IMG/VR virus record: IMGVR_UViG_3300032323_003835
Location: 32,001 to 96,000 of that record
Direction: 5' to 3' (one strand)
DNA from: a virus
DNA length: 64,000 nucleotides
This document shows, piece by piece, positions 1 through 9,368 of the stretch. The notes beneath the pieces are model-generated. The model had not been told where the DNA came from. It saw nothing but the letters and a program-made list of their open reading frames with translations, and did not search any database. Numbering within the stretch: the first letter of the stretch is position 1; each line of letters opens with the position of its first letter. The translations under genes were made by a program, and so were the position numbers.

Positions 1-33
1 TCTACCTTAGATTTCGAACAAATCTGGTATTAT

Positions 34-732
34 TTACGAGAAATACTTTTCCCACTTTTCTTTGAAAATAGGATAACTGCCGGAGGTTGACTTTTCCATC
101 TCTTCTTTAGAAAATACGGTCGGACCGGTTTTACCTATATTCATATCATGATGTTCCACTATAGAGGAAGAAACAAGACAATGTTTTATAGATTTTTCGT
201 ACAGGGTTAAAGCATAATCATTGTCAGAAAACCAATGGGTAAAAGATTCGTCTAGATCACCTATCGTTTCGTATATCTCTCTCCTCTGAAAAATACACCA
301 CCCTGAAATTTCTTTTCTTATCTGGTATCCTAAATGATTTCCGCTATTCGGAAGAATTCCGTACAGCGGTTGGGTTTTAGGACAGAGTGGAGAAAACGAA
401 AGGACATCAGGAAGATGAGATGCAGATTTTAGGATTTCAGTTGCCCAATTTTTTTCAAAAATTAAATCGTTGTTACACAGACACACATATGGATTATTCC
501 CAAGCTTTCTCCCAAAATTCATGAATTTGTGATATCCATAGGGTTTAGGTGGGTCATATGTTTTGGTGTTTGGATAGTGGTCCCAAACTACATTCTCCTG
601 GGATTCTAAAACTATAACATTAAAAATCTCTTTGGAGTTCTTTTCTGAATCAAAAAGGGATCTTAAGCAATCCTCGGTCTGTTTTTTTAGAATGGGATCT
701 GCTGAATAACTGAGTATAATTATGTCGATCAT
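34..732 (-). CDS. Glycosyltransferase family 2
   Basis: IDIIILSY start, NFG..L..YVCLCNNDL (DxD-like), IGDLDESF.HWFSDNDY motifs typical of GT-A/GT2. Confidence 0.85.
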   Translation of the reverse strand: MIDIIILSYSADPILKKQTEDCLRSLFDSEKNSKEIFNVIVLESQENVVWDHYPNTKTYDPPKPYGYHKFMNFGRKLGNNPYVCLCNNDLIFEKNWATEILKSASHLPDVLSFSPLCPKTQPLYGILPNSGNHLGYQIRKEISGWCIFQRREIYETIGDLDESFTHWFSDNDYALTLYEKSIKHCLVSSSIVEHHDMNIGKTGPTVFSKEEMEKSTSGSYPIFKEKWEKYFS

Positions 733-1460
733 TTTTTTCTTGTTATTTCATCAATCTCCCGAAGATCTCCGGTTTGGCAATAGTAGAATTCCTTTTTAAA
801 AGAGAATGAATTATTTATTTTGACACTAGGAGGAATGAATTGATTCTCCGATATTATTTTTCTAAAATCCTTTATGTTTATAAATCCAGTTATTTCAATT
901 CTAAAATTGATATTAGGTATAAGATTTAGTACATTCTCCAATGTGAATTCATGATCACTTAAAGACTCAAAAGCATTTCTTATACCTGGATTTATCCTGC
1001 ACATAAAGAAGTATGTATAAAGTATTGGATCCTTCTTTCCCCAATTATGGTAAAACCCGTTTGAGTCGAATTGTTCCTTCTTTAATTTGAAGATATTATT
1101 TTTACTTGTATTTGTTTTTACCTGTATCTTAAGATCACCAAGAAAAAGATCCCCGTCATCATATTCTCCCTCGTCTCTGATTGTTGTCCAGTCAGGCTCT
1201 TCTAGATCATAACCCCTTTCTTTTAGCATTTTATAAACTGCAAACTCCCCGATTTTCCCCTGAGTAGCATCGCACTTTTTTTGTCTAGGTGTTCTTTCCT
1301 CCTCATCATCACGAAAGTGCTTTTGAGAAAATGCCCACCTTACTGATTTTTCCACATACTCATTAATATCGAAGGTATGCTTAAATCTTTTGCCATTATT
1401 CACATAAAGGGATCCGTTTCTTTCTAATAATCGATTGAAATTTTTTGCTTGCTGACTCAA
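729..1460 (-). CDS. Hypothetical protein, possible PD-(D/E)XK nuclease fold
   Basis: QGKIGEFAV...DDGDL...IQVKT pattern; promoter-like motif at 1491-1524 upstream. Confidence 0.45.
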   Translation of the reverse strand: MSQQAKNFNRLLERNGSLYVNNGKRFKHTFDINEYVEKSVRWAFSQKHFRDDEEERTPRQKKCDATQGKIGEFAVYKMLKERGYDLEEPDWTTIRDEGEYDDGDLFLGDLKIQVKTNTSKNNIFKLKKEQFDSNGFYHNWGKKDPILYTYFFMCRINPGIRNAFESLSDHEFTLENVLNLIPNINFRIEITGFINIKDFRKIISENQFIPPSVKINNSFSFKKEFYYCQTGDLREIDEITRKK

Positions 1461-1490
1461 AATAAGAAATTTAGGTATGCCTTATACTAC

Positions 1491-1524
1491 CAAATGTAAA
1501 ATAATTTCCCGGGGTTTTGAAATG
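1491..1524 (-). promoter_or_regulatory. Bacteroidota-type early promoter (CATTTnn-N6-CG-N11-TAnnTTTG)
   Basis: Plus strand caaatgta-N11-cg-gggttttgaaatg, same spacing as about 20 copies at 49-63 kb. Confidence 0.6.
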
Positions 1525-1526
1525 TA

Positions 1527-2156
1527 TTAGCCAGCTATATTGCCTTCTTCGTCGAAGGAATATTGATTCATTTCGATGAAATCCACTATTTCTCCATCTT
1601 CAAATTGAGAGTCTATGTCGGAAGAGATTCTATCAAGAACGTCATTCATGTGATCCTTAAATTTTTCTTCTGCTCTTTCGAAGTGCTTCTCGATTGAGGT
1701 GATTCCACGTTCCCCGAATTTTTCAACCAGTGAATCTTCATCGTCTATTTCAAATTCTATGGAAGTGTTTGTCTCCCTGTATCCGTCTCTGAATGTGTAG
1801 TGAGTGTATTTATGAAATTTAGGGGGTATACCCAGCCATCTTAAAAATAAATTATCGTTGGTAACATTAAGTGCATCCGAGCAGTGTATGAAATAATTAG
1901 GATCCTGCTTTCCTACAAAACTAATACTCTTTGGTGAACCATTCTCTATCATAAAGGAATTCCCATTAGCTTCATAATAATTGTTGCCAAAAAGATCTGA
2001 CATTTCCTTGTCAGATGGTTCAAATAATGAGCTGTCCTCAACAACCCAGGAAGCTATATCGTCATTATATCTTATTTCTCTGACATTATCTATAGCATTA
2101 ATCTTTGCTTCTGGCGAAAGATCCTTAAATTCGATATACTCGTATAAATGTATCAT
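1527..2156 (-). CDS. Hypothetical acidic protein
   Basis: 209-aa ORF coupled to upstream gene; MIHLYEY start resembles the MKHL..E family. Confidence 0.7.
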   Translation of the reverse strand: MIHLYEYIEFKDLSPEAKINAIDNVREIRYNDDIASWVVEDSSLFEPSDKEMSDLFGNNYYEANGNSFMIENGSPKSISFVGKQDPNYFIHCSDALNVTNDNLFLRWLGIPPKFHKYTHYTFRDGYRETNTSIEFEIDDEDSLVEKFGERGITSIEKHFERAEEKFKDHMNDVLDRISSDIDSQFEDGEIVDFIEMNQYSFDEEGNIAG

Positions 2157-2413
2157 TAATAATTCACAGGATAACTTCCACCATTCTTTGTTCTAATAAG
2201 AACGTTCCATTGATTAATAGAGCACCTTCCTCCATTCTTTTCTATGGTATCAAGAACCTTAGAGGCGTACTCTACATCTTTGGCTTGCATCATCCCAAAA
2301 ACCTGTCTGAAATGACTTATCTGTCCGGGGTTTAAAGTGGTGTATATTTTTTTCCCCTCTTGGTAATTATAACCAGATCCCCCAAAATTTTCAAATATCT
2401 CTAAATGCTTCAT
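2156..2413 (-). CDS. Small protein with MKHLxxFE N-terminal motif
   Basis: MKHLEIFENF start; AATATATA just upstream (2418-2425). Confidence 0.7.
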   Translation of the reverse strand: MKHLEIFENFGGSGYNYQEGKKIYTTLNPGQISHFRQVFGMMQAKDVEYASKVLDTIEKNGGRCSINQWNVLIRTKNGGSYPVNY

Positions 2414-2447
2414 CTTTTATATATTCTAAATTTCAGGATTATCCTGC

Positions 2448-2930
2448 TTACAGACTATTTATTTCAAGACTTGCTATTTCTTCTATCCTTGCAATTACCG
2501 AATTCCAGCACGGATATTTGTCGGTTCCTATTCTGATCCATATCCCGTCAAATTTATCCTGAGATGCGTTATCTGAATCATCAACTAGTATTTTACCCTT
2601 CAGTAAAGACTTATCCCCGCAAAGAATTAATTTCTTTTGCAGATCATATCCGAAATATTTTTTAATCCATTCGGCCTTTTCCGTATAAGATGCCGTGTTT
2701 TTGAATGAAGGTCTACTAAGAAACCAAACATCAAACCTTTCCGATAGACTTTTAACAGATTCTATTGCAAGTGGTATCGGCTCCAGGGATAGGAAGAAAC
2801 CCGATAATGACCATGGATAGTCGTAACAGATTTCACCTATTTTGTTAGCATTTTCTTTTCTGTACTTATTTACCGACCCTTTTAAATCGCAAATAGTACC
2901 GTCAAGATCTATATAAATTCTTAATTTCAT
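2448..2930 (-). CDS. 5'(3')-deoxyribonucleotidase (HAD, NT5C-like)
   Basis: IYIDLDGTICD, EKAEWI, DKSLLKGKILVDD motifs. Confidence 0.9.
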   Translation of the reverse strand: MKLRIYIDLDGTICDLKGSVNKYRKENANKIGEICYDYPWSLSGFFLSLEPIPLAIESVKSLSERFDVWFLSRPSFKNTASYTEKAEWIKKYFGYDLQKKLILCGDKSLLKGKILVDDSDNASQDKFDGIWIRIGTDKYPCWNSVIARIEEIASLEINSL

Positions 2931-2954
2931 GTTTATAAAGATAAGGATTATTCC

Positions 2955-3668
2955 CTATAAATTTTTTAAAAAAGTTAAACCCCTCGTAAGATCATCTGGT
3001 GTGTCTATAGAGATTGACACATTATAACACATTGTATATTTAATTGAAAATCCATTTTCCATCCATGATATTTGTTCAAGTGAATCTCTTTTGCTCAATT
3101 CGCTTGGTTCTAATGAAGCTATTGTTTGTATATCGCTAGAGCAAAAACCATAGATTCCAACGTGCTTAAGTATATTTTTTGGAGGATTAAAAAATGGACT
3201 TCGTGTAAACCCCGAGGCATTGCCGCTATTATAAATTAATTTAACACAGTTTGGATCTATTCTCTGTTCCTCTTTTAATTCAGAGGCACCGGTTAGTATA
3301 GTTCCTTTTCTTATTGATATTAAATCGCCAATAAATCTTTTAAGGAAATTTATGTCTATGAATGGCTCGTCCCCCTGGACATTGATTATATAATCAAATT
3401 TCTCATCTAGTTTATTTGCTGTGTGACAAACTCTTAGAGTTCCGTTTTGAAAAATTGGAGTAATATCACATTCTCCAAATTGAATGACGTGATTGTATAT
3501 TTCTGGATCCTCAGTTGATACTATTATTTTATCAACTTCTGTTTCCATACATTTTTCATAAACCCTACGGATCATACTCTTGCCCTCTATGTCAATTAGG
3601 GGCTTTCCTGGAAATCTAGAGCTATTTAATCTCGACGGGATTATTATGCAGATCTTTCTTCCCCTCAT
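2955..3668 (-). CDS. kdsB: 3-deoxy-manno-octulosonate cytidylyltransferase (CMP-KDO synthetase)
   Basis: IIPSRLNSSRFPGKPLIDI, INVQGDEP, HVGIYGF, SLEQ, IDTPDDL. Confidence 0.9.
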   Translation of the reverse strand: MRGRKICIIIPSRLNSSRFPGKPLIDIEGKSMIRRVYEKCMETEVDKIIVSTEDPEIYNHVIQFGECDITPIFQNGTLRVCHTANKLDEKFDYIINVQGDEPFIDINFLKRFIGDLISIRKGTILTGASELKEEQRIDPNCVKLIYNSGNASGFTRSPFFNPPKNILKHVGIYGFCSSDIQTIASLEPSELSKRDSLEQISWMENGFSIKYTMCYNVSISIDTPDDLTRGLTFLKNL

Positions 3669-3870
3669 TTAAAACGTATCTTTTATTCTCCTTGACATAT
3701 CCTGTTTTAATTAACATCATTTTTACAGCAGCTTCAAAGGATATCCTATGGTCAGCCATATCTATCCCGGATCCCTCCGCAGCTTTTAGATTATAGAAGC
3801 CGAATCTTTCTTTAACAAATTTAAGGGACATTGCTTTGATTTCGCTCTCAGTTATTACTTTTTCTAGCAT
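3622..3870 (-). CDS. Hypothetical protein
   Basis: 82-aa ORF in co-directional run. Confidence 0.5.
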   Translation of the reverse strand: MLEKVITESEIKAMSLKFVKERFGFYNLKAAEGSGIDMADHRISFEAAVKMMLIKTGYVKENKRYVLNEGKKDLHNNPVEIK

Positions 3871-4108
3871 CCATATAGGTAATATTCTCTATCTCTCTAG
3901 TGATACCGTCAATAGCACTGTGTAGATTTACTATCGCGCTCGATATTGGATTAGTTGGTTTGATCTCGTATTTTTCTTTGATCTTTTCCAGGATTTTTTG
4001 GAGATCCACAAGGTCTTTTTTATAGTCTATTTTTTTCTTTGTTTTGGGATCGGTCTTTATTTCCTGAGGTTCCTGTTTGAAATTTCCAGACCATGTTAAA
4101 TTATTCAT
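3848..4108 (-). CDS. Hypothetical protein
   Basis: 86-aa ORF, coiled-coil-like. Confidence 0.6.
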   Translation of the reverse strand: MNNLTWSGNFKQEPQEIKTDPKTKKKIDYKKDLVDLQKILEKIKEKYEIKPTNPISSAIVNLHSAIDGITREIENITYMDARKSNN

Positions 4109-4166
4109 CTGTCTTTTTATTTTATATAGACAAAAAAACCCCTTTTATTTCATGATATATAATGAA

Positions 4167-4631
4167 ATGGGACTTAAAAAATATTCAGAATTCTCAAAAA
4201 TTGTAAAAGAAAGCTGGGATTCCGACGGGATGGAAGAAAGCGACAGGGAGCCGGATATTACACCTTCTATAGAGCCCTTTGAAATAGTCGAAAGAGCAGA
4301 CAATGGATTGGATTGTATATTTAGATCTAAAGGAGATAATAGTCTCTATTTTTTTGCTGGAGAAAGTCTTTTAGACAACAATGAGCTCGAACCTTATGGA
4401 AGTCCTCCAGGAAGAAGGGAATACGATGAAGGAAAATATGTCTGGGTTACAGATACAAGATACTGGGATCCAGAAGCATGGGTGATAGAGTCGTATGTAA
4501 ATTGCAATTTTTCACACCTAAAATACGGAGAAGGAGTAGAGGACTTTGAATCTGGGGACAACGAATTTATACTAATAGACGAGCCTCTTAAAGAATTACT
4601 AAAGAAAACTTATGAATTTTCTAAAATATAG
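4167..4631 (+). CDS. Hypothetical acidic protein (start revised from 4077)
   Basis: GATATATA at 4154-4161 precedes ATG 4167 giving MGLKKYSEF..ES, matching the N-terminal motif family. Confidence 0.65.
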   Translation: MGLKKYSEFSKIVKESWDSDGMEESDREPDITPSIEPFEIVERADNGLDCIFRSKGDNSLYFFAGESLLDNNELEPYGSPPGRREYDEGKYVWVTDTRYWDPEAWVIESYVNCNFSHLKYGEGVEDFESGDNEFILIDEPLKELLKKTYEFSKI

Positions 4632-4636
4632 ATTTT

Positions 4637-4981
4637 TTACAGACTGGACATCTCACTTTTACCTTTCTCTGTGAGAAAATAAACGGTCTCTCCGTTTTCA
4701 TCTTCCATAGAATCTAGTAATCCTTTTTTGTTCAATCTTACTAGATCTGATTCTACTATGGAATATCTTAATATAGAAGAGAATTCCTCTTCACTAAAAT
4801 CTTCCATATCATCCCCTTTTACCCATTTGGATAAAGCAGAATCTGCAAACCTCTTAAATGTGATGTCATAATCTGCTTGCTCTTCTTCGAAGAATTTTTC
4901 TTCAGTTAAACTCTCCAATAATTTTTCTGTTATTTCTGAAACTGAGGGAGGGTAGTTTTCGTAATGTTCTGACCTTTTCAA
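4637..4981 (-). CDS. Hypothetical protein, possible winged-helix C-terminus
   Basis: L..L.KKGLL...YFLTEKGK pattern. Confidence 0.6.
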   Translation of the reverse strand: MKRSEHYENYPPSVSEITEKLLESLTEEKFFEEEQADYDITFKRFADSALSKWVKGDDMEDFSEEEFSSILRYSIVESDLVRLNKKGLLDSMEDENGETVYFLTEKGKSEMSSL

Positions 4982-5045
4982 TACCGCAACTTATATGCAA
5001 TATTATAGTCAATTACGGGGCAAAGTTTCTTTCTATGCGGAGATA

Positions 5046-5393
5046 TTAGATCTCATCCATCCATTCAAAAGATTTAACAAGATCAGCATCAAGCTCTCCT
5101 ATTATTTCTCGTGTAAAATAACCTTCGTCACTCTTTCGATCGTTTTCTATCTTACACGTTTCTGGAATTTTTATCTCCCAAATATCGATTCCTTTTTTAA
5201 AATCTGGATGTGTATTAAATCTTTTATTTTTCAAAAGATCTAAAGAGCTAGATATGCTCTTGGTAAAGAAAAGTTTTGGCTCGCTTTCGCCAAATCTACT
5301 AGATCTAGGTCCCAGCACCGGTTTCAATCCTTCACTTAATATAACGTTTCTTAACTTCTTAGGAGAAATGTGGTATGCTTTCATATATTTCAT
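5046..5393 (-). CDS. Possible ADP-ribosyltransferase-fold (Tpt1/DUF952-like) protein
   Basis: YHIS....ILSEGLKP, LFFT, IWEI motifs; promoter at 5402-5435. Confidence 0.45.
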   Translation of the reverse strand: MKYMKAYHISPKKLRNVILSEGLKPVLGPRSSRFGESEPKLFFTKSISSSLDLLKNKRFNTHPDFKKGIDIWEIKIPETCKIENDRKSDEGYFTREIIGELDADLVKSFEWMDEI

Positions 5394-5442
5394 TGATGAT
5401 GCAAATATATCTCCGTTAAGCGGGGTTTAAAAACGTATAGGA

Positions 5443-5901
5443 TTAAAATTTGGGTCTTTCTGATATCCTTTCAAGATATTTCCGTCTAGCTTCGGCAGGA
5501 TCCTTACCTTGTTTTATGTAGATTGTAGTTTTGCTGTCTATCTGCACGGGTATCATTCTATTTAAATCCTGATCAGCTGTCTCATACATCTTAGGCCTTC
5601 TTTTCTTTGTTCCGGGCCCAGCTGGGCTTGCAGCTTTACCTATAAGGGATTTTACTATTATAGTGTTTTTTACTACATTTTTCTTAGGATCCTTAGAAAA
5701 TCCCAATCTTTTCAATTTAGATCTTATGCTCTCTATAGATCTCTCTAGATTTTCAGATAACTCCTTGAAAGACATGCTTTCGTAGTTACCTAGAAGAAAA
5801 TCTGTGTGTTCCTTTTTCCAATGTTTAGCGTCCATATTGTAAATATAAGGGAAAAATGAATAGTATCTAGAATCTAATTGGGAAAAAGATCCTTTCTGCA
5901 C
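5443..5901 (-). CDS. Myb/HTH-like DNA-binding protein (start probably internal, MDAKHW)
   Basis: WKKEHTDFL..NY..MSFKELSENLERSIESIRSKLKRLG. Confidence 0.6.
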   Translation of the reverse strand: MQKGSFSQLDSRYYSFFPYIYNMDAKHWKKEHTDFLLGNYESMSFKELSENLERSIESIRSKLKRLGFSKDPKKNVVKNTIIVKSLIGKAASPAGPGTKKRRPKMYETADQDLNRMIPVQIDSKTTIYIKQGKDPAEARRKYLERISERPKF

Positions 5902-6299
5902 TTCTTCTTTAGGATTTCCGCAAGCAGATTTGAAGAATGCTCCATTGGATGCATATCATATCCGGTTATCTCCATTATTTGATCGTAATACTTTAGACCC
6001 TGTAAAAAATGGGTATACTCATGAATCATCGTATCTATAAACTCATTGAAACTCCTATGCCTTTCTGGATTAACGTATATAGTACTTTCCTCTCCGAATT
6101 CTTCATACAGACCTCTACACCTTATCGTTTTTGATATGGAGACTTTAAGTTTTTTATAATTTCTACAGTCGGACTTTCCCAGAGTATTGTAACACCACTG
6201 AAGAATAAGTCTTCCATTCTTAAGGTTGATGTCAGAAACGTTCATTTGTTTTAATTTTTTTTTACTGTTCTTGTTCTCTGTTTCTAATTTTATAAACAA
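5874..6299 (-). CDS. Zincin-like metallopeptidase
   Basis: TMIHEYTHFLQ (HExxH) and downstream HPME. Confidence 0.6.
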   Translation of the reverse strand: MFIKLETENKNSKKKLKQMNVSDINLKNGRLILQWCYNTLGKSDCRNYKKLKVSISKTIRCRGLYEEFGEESTIYVNPERHRSFNEFIDTMIHEYTHFLQGLKYYDQIMEITGYDMHPMEHSSNLLAEILKKKCRKDLFPN

Positions 6300-6687
6300 T
6301 CAACTGATTGCTTATTTTGCTCCACTGTCCATTTTTATTTTTTCTTCTTCCATAGACTATCAAATCCGAGGAAGGGCGATCGTCCAAAAATCTAGTTTTT
6401 CCTGTTATGTAATACGTAGTACCTATTCTTTTTTTAAATTCCTGCGGTATATCAGTCTCGCTATAAAAAAGATCATAGGTAATACTTTTCTCTTCTATTA
6501 CTAATGGTATAGGCTCTATGTGATATCCGTTTTTATTATAAACTGGTTTAGTGTCTAATATTGTCAGATTTTTAAAGTCTCCCCTATCGACGAAATGATT
6601 CCAGAGAAATTCAAATGATATCTCTCCTTCGGATATACCAAGCATTTCTAAAAATCTTTCATCAATATATTCCCTAGTTATCTGCAT
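6262..6687 (-). CDS. Hypothetical protein
   Basis: 141-aa ORF in coupled run. Confidence 0.6.
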   Translation of the reverse strand: MQITREYIDERFLEMLGISEGEISFEFLWNHFVDRGDFKNLTILDTKPVYNKNGYHIEPIPLVIEEKSITYDLFYSETDIPQEFKKRIGTTYYITGKTRFLDDRPSSDLIVYGRRKNKNGQWSKISNQLIVYKIRNREQEQ

Positions 6688-7087
6688 TTTTTTCCACTCC
6701 GAAGATACCCTTTTTAGATTTTTTAATTGCTATATAAATCATTTCTATTTCCTCTAGTGTAATGTCCGTTTTCTTACGGTTTATTTCGACTGTACAAGCA
6801 ACTACATTACCTTCAACGTATCCTAGTTTGTTGTCTATTCTGTCAATACTAAGGGAAAAGTCTCCCTTTGCTTCTAATTGTCTTCCAGTATAAAAGCATT
6901 TCTTTTGTTCCATCATTTTTTTTAATGTGTTGAACGATAGATCAAATTTAATGTTTCTTGAGTCTGCACTTTGTTTTAAATTGAGCATTTTTCTTGCAAC
7001 ATCTAAATCTGTTAACTTTCCTTTTGATGAATCAAATTCCCCCTCCATCAGGGTTTCTTTTGCCCCCACTAATTCTTTTTCTTCCAT
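6674..7087 (-). CDS. HNH-like endonuclease
   Basis: CFYTG...SIDRIDNKLGYVEGNVVACTVEINRKK. Confidence 0.75.
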   Translation of the reverse strand: MEEKELVGAKETLMEGEFDSSKGKLTDLDVARKMLNLKQSADSRNIKFDLSFNTLKKMMEQKKCFYTGRQLEAKGDFSLSIDRIDNKLGYVEGNVVACTVEINRKKTDITLEEIEMIYIAIKKSKKGIFGVEKNADN

Positions 7088-7095
7088 TTAATTTA

Positions 7096-7821
7096 TTATA
7101 TGATCCCGTATTTGTGCAGTTCCCCAAGATCGTCAACATCAAATCTTTTAGAGATTGCCTCAGGAGCGAATTTTATCGAACCTGGGAAAGTCTGAAAGAA
7201 TCTTTCTGTTATCGAGATCTCTGGGTTTGCCAAAGGACCCTCTTTTATAGCTAACTCCCACGTTTTTGATTCGATGAAGGAACCTATAGTAGAAAGGTCT
7301 ACCGACTGTATTCCGCACAAAAAATCGGAATAGATGGGATCGTTCGGGGAAAATGAATGATCTGAAAATGATACCCAACATTTCTCTGGCCTTTTAGATG
7401 CCAAAAATTTCTTGAAGGGCAAATAGTAGATATTAAAAGAATCTTTCAAATTCTCATAGAATCTCTCCCATCTTACTCTATCTATCTGAGATGAAAAATT
7501 TGGATCTATTTTTACGAAGGACTCCTCAAAAGTCTCCCATGATTTAAACACACTAAGGAAAGCCAAATAAAAAGCTCTATTAAACAGAGCTAGAGATATA
7601 CCTGCTTCTTCCTGACTTGAGATATAGAAGCCAAAAAAATTTGAGTCAGTTTTGTACTTTCTTGTTTGTTTTATAAATATTGGATTAAGCTCCCAATAAA
7701 ATCCGTATTTTGCCCTCTCTGGATTTTCAAACAGTTGTTTGATATCCAATGGTTTTCTTATGGTATAATTAGAATTAAATTCAAACCTAATACCTATTCC
7801 GGGGGTTTTCTCTAATATCAT
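7096..7821 (-). CDS. Hypothetical protein, paralog of 7821-8549
   Basis: Shared GxYW, LFxxAF, W..L.E.GPL and HKYGI(I/L) C-terminus. Confidence 0.7.
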   Translation of the reverse strand: MILEKTPGIGIRFEFNSNYTIRKPLDIKQLFENPERAKYGFYWELNPIFIKQTRKYKTDSNFFGFYISSQEEAGISLALFNRAFYLAFLSVFKSWETFEESFVKIDPNFSSQIDRVRWERFYENLKDSFNIYYLPFKKFLASKRPEKCWVSFSDHSFSPNDPIYSDFLCGIQSVDLSTIGSFIESKTWELAIKEGPLANPEISITERFFQTFPGSIKFAPEAISKRFDVDDLGELHKYGII

Positions 7822-8549
7822 TATAATATGCCATATTTATGGCAATTTCCCAAAAATCCAGTATCTATTCTTTCAAGTATGTCCTTGTCCATATAGTTAA
7901 CTAGCTCTGGACTTTCGTATGATAAATCCTCCCATGCCATGTCAATATTAAATTCAAGGGGTCCAACCTCGTGTAATTCCTCCCATAGATCTTTCCGATT
8001 CATCGCTGAGTATTCGGTCGGAAGTCTATATACTGTCACATCATTTCCCCAAAAATTTTCAACGTCTGATTTAATCAGATCTGTCCAATACCTGTCTAAT
8101 GGAATCCAAATTTTACCTCTTTTTAATCTTGTTTTAAGGGAGTGTAAAAATAAATTCATGGAATCTGTCTTATTCTTAAATGTATCGGAGAATGTTTCAA
8201 TTACCTTACTTAAATAATTATCCTTGAATGATATCCCCGGAACGAATTCTTCTATATTACTTATATAGGATCCCTTTATAGAGGCGTTGATTACCGTCAT
8301 TCTAAAAGCCTGTTGAAAAAGTCCTTGAAAGAAATTAAAATCATTCTTGTCAGTTAAAAGAATGCCCTGCATGACTAAGCCCCTTCCGGTCTCGCCCTCG
8401 AAGAAATAATCTTCAAAGTCCCAATAATATCCCAGTTTGTTTCTATCTGGAGATTTTATTAAATCCTTATTTATTGGATAAATCAATGAGAAGGAATCGT
8501 AAAAATCGTAAATCTTAATCATAAAATCCACCTTTAAGACGGTAAACAA
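7821..8549 (-). CDS. Hypothetical protein, paralog of 7096-7821
   Basis: See paralog; tandem arrangement with overlapping stop/start. Confidence 0.7.
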   Translation of the reverse strand: MFTVLKVDFMIKIYDFYDSFSLIYPINKDLIKSPDRNKLGYYWDFEDYFFEGETGRGLVMQGILLTDKNDFNFFQGLFQQAFRMTVINASIKGSYISNIEEFVPGISFKDNYLSKVIETFSDTFKNKTDSMNLFLHSLKTRLKRGKIWIPLDRYWTDLIKSDVENFWGNDVTVYRLPTEYSAMNRKDLWEELHEVGPLEFNIDMAWEDLSYESPELVNYMDKDILERIDTGFLGNCHKYGIL

Positions 8550-8593
8550 TAAGGGACCTCATAAAGAAATGAAGTCCCAGATTGATTGTAATA

Positions 8594-8809
8594 TTAACGG
8601 GTTGCCCAACGGAAGCCACCAGCAGTTTGTAAAATACCTCTTGTTGCTTTAGAAATGCTGCTAGGATCTACACCGGTGGTTAGACCAGCTTCACGCATAG
8701 AAGAAAATCTTTTTAATTTTCTGCCGCCTGTTGTCATTTGCAAAACTGATTTTGCTGTTGAATTTTTTGCTTTTTTGCTTTTAGCAGTAGCTGTTTTTGT
8801 GTTTGCCAT
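8594..8809 (-). CDS. Small NUMOD1-domain DNA-binding protein
   Basis: VLQM...G..LKRFSSMREA...GV..SSIS.A.RG...TAGGFRW. Confidence 0.75.
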   Translation of the reverse strand: MANTKTATAKSKKAKNSTAKSVLQMTTGGRKLKRFSSMREAGLTTGVDPSSISKATRGILQTAGGFRWATR

Positions 8810-8892
8810 TTTTTTGATTATTTAGGTTTTTAATTATAACTATTATAGTACAACAGTTACATTTTGTTTCAAAAATGGCAAATTTGAGCGGT

Positions 8893-9336
8893 TTATAGGA
8901 AATCTATGACTATTTCCCCGGATCCTTGAATCTCTGTTAAAAATCTTTCCACGTCCTTCATGGATTCTTCGTCGGGGGTTATTCTAACATCTTCCCAACT
9001 GGGATTAGATCCCAACGAGCTTAAAACGTTCTTTAATATTCCAGATGCAGAAACACACGGTTTGGATGATCCAATTGTTGATTCTATTTGATCTATTGGT
9101 TCCCCCGATAAATATTTAAACTTAGACAGCGATATTTTAACCTCGGATTCCAGAACAGTTTTGGAACCCCCGTTTCCAGAAACTCCCGCGTTAAACTCGC
9201 AGCAATTTAGGGATTCGTATAGAATCCATGATTTTGATTGATTAAAAGCTCCTATATTAATATAAGATATTTTTTCTCCCGTAGATTTTACCCTTGCTGT
9301 TATATCGTGTGACAATTTTACTATGATTTTCAACAA
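8893..9336 (-). CDS. Hypothetical protein
   Basis: 147-aa ORF; start uncertain. Confidence 0.55.
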   Translation of the reverse strand: MLKIIVKLSHDITARVKSTGEKISYINIGAFNQSKSWILYESLNCCEFNAGVSGNGGSKTVLESEVKISLSKFKYLSGEPIDQIESTIGSSKPCVSASGILKNVLSSLGSNPSWEDVRITPDEESMKDVERFLTEIQGSGEIVIDFL

Positions 9337-9368
9337 ATATAAAAATAGAAAGGGAAATAAAAAAATGT

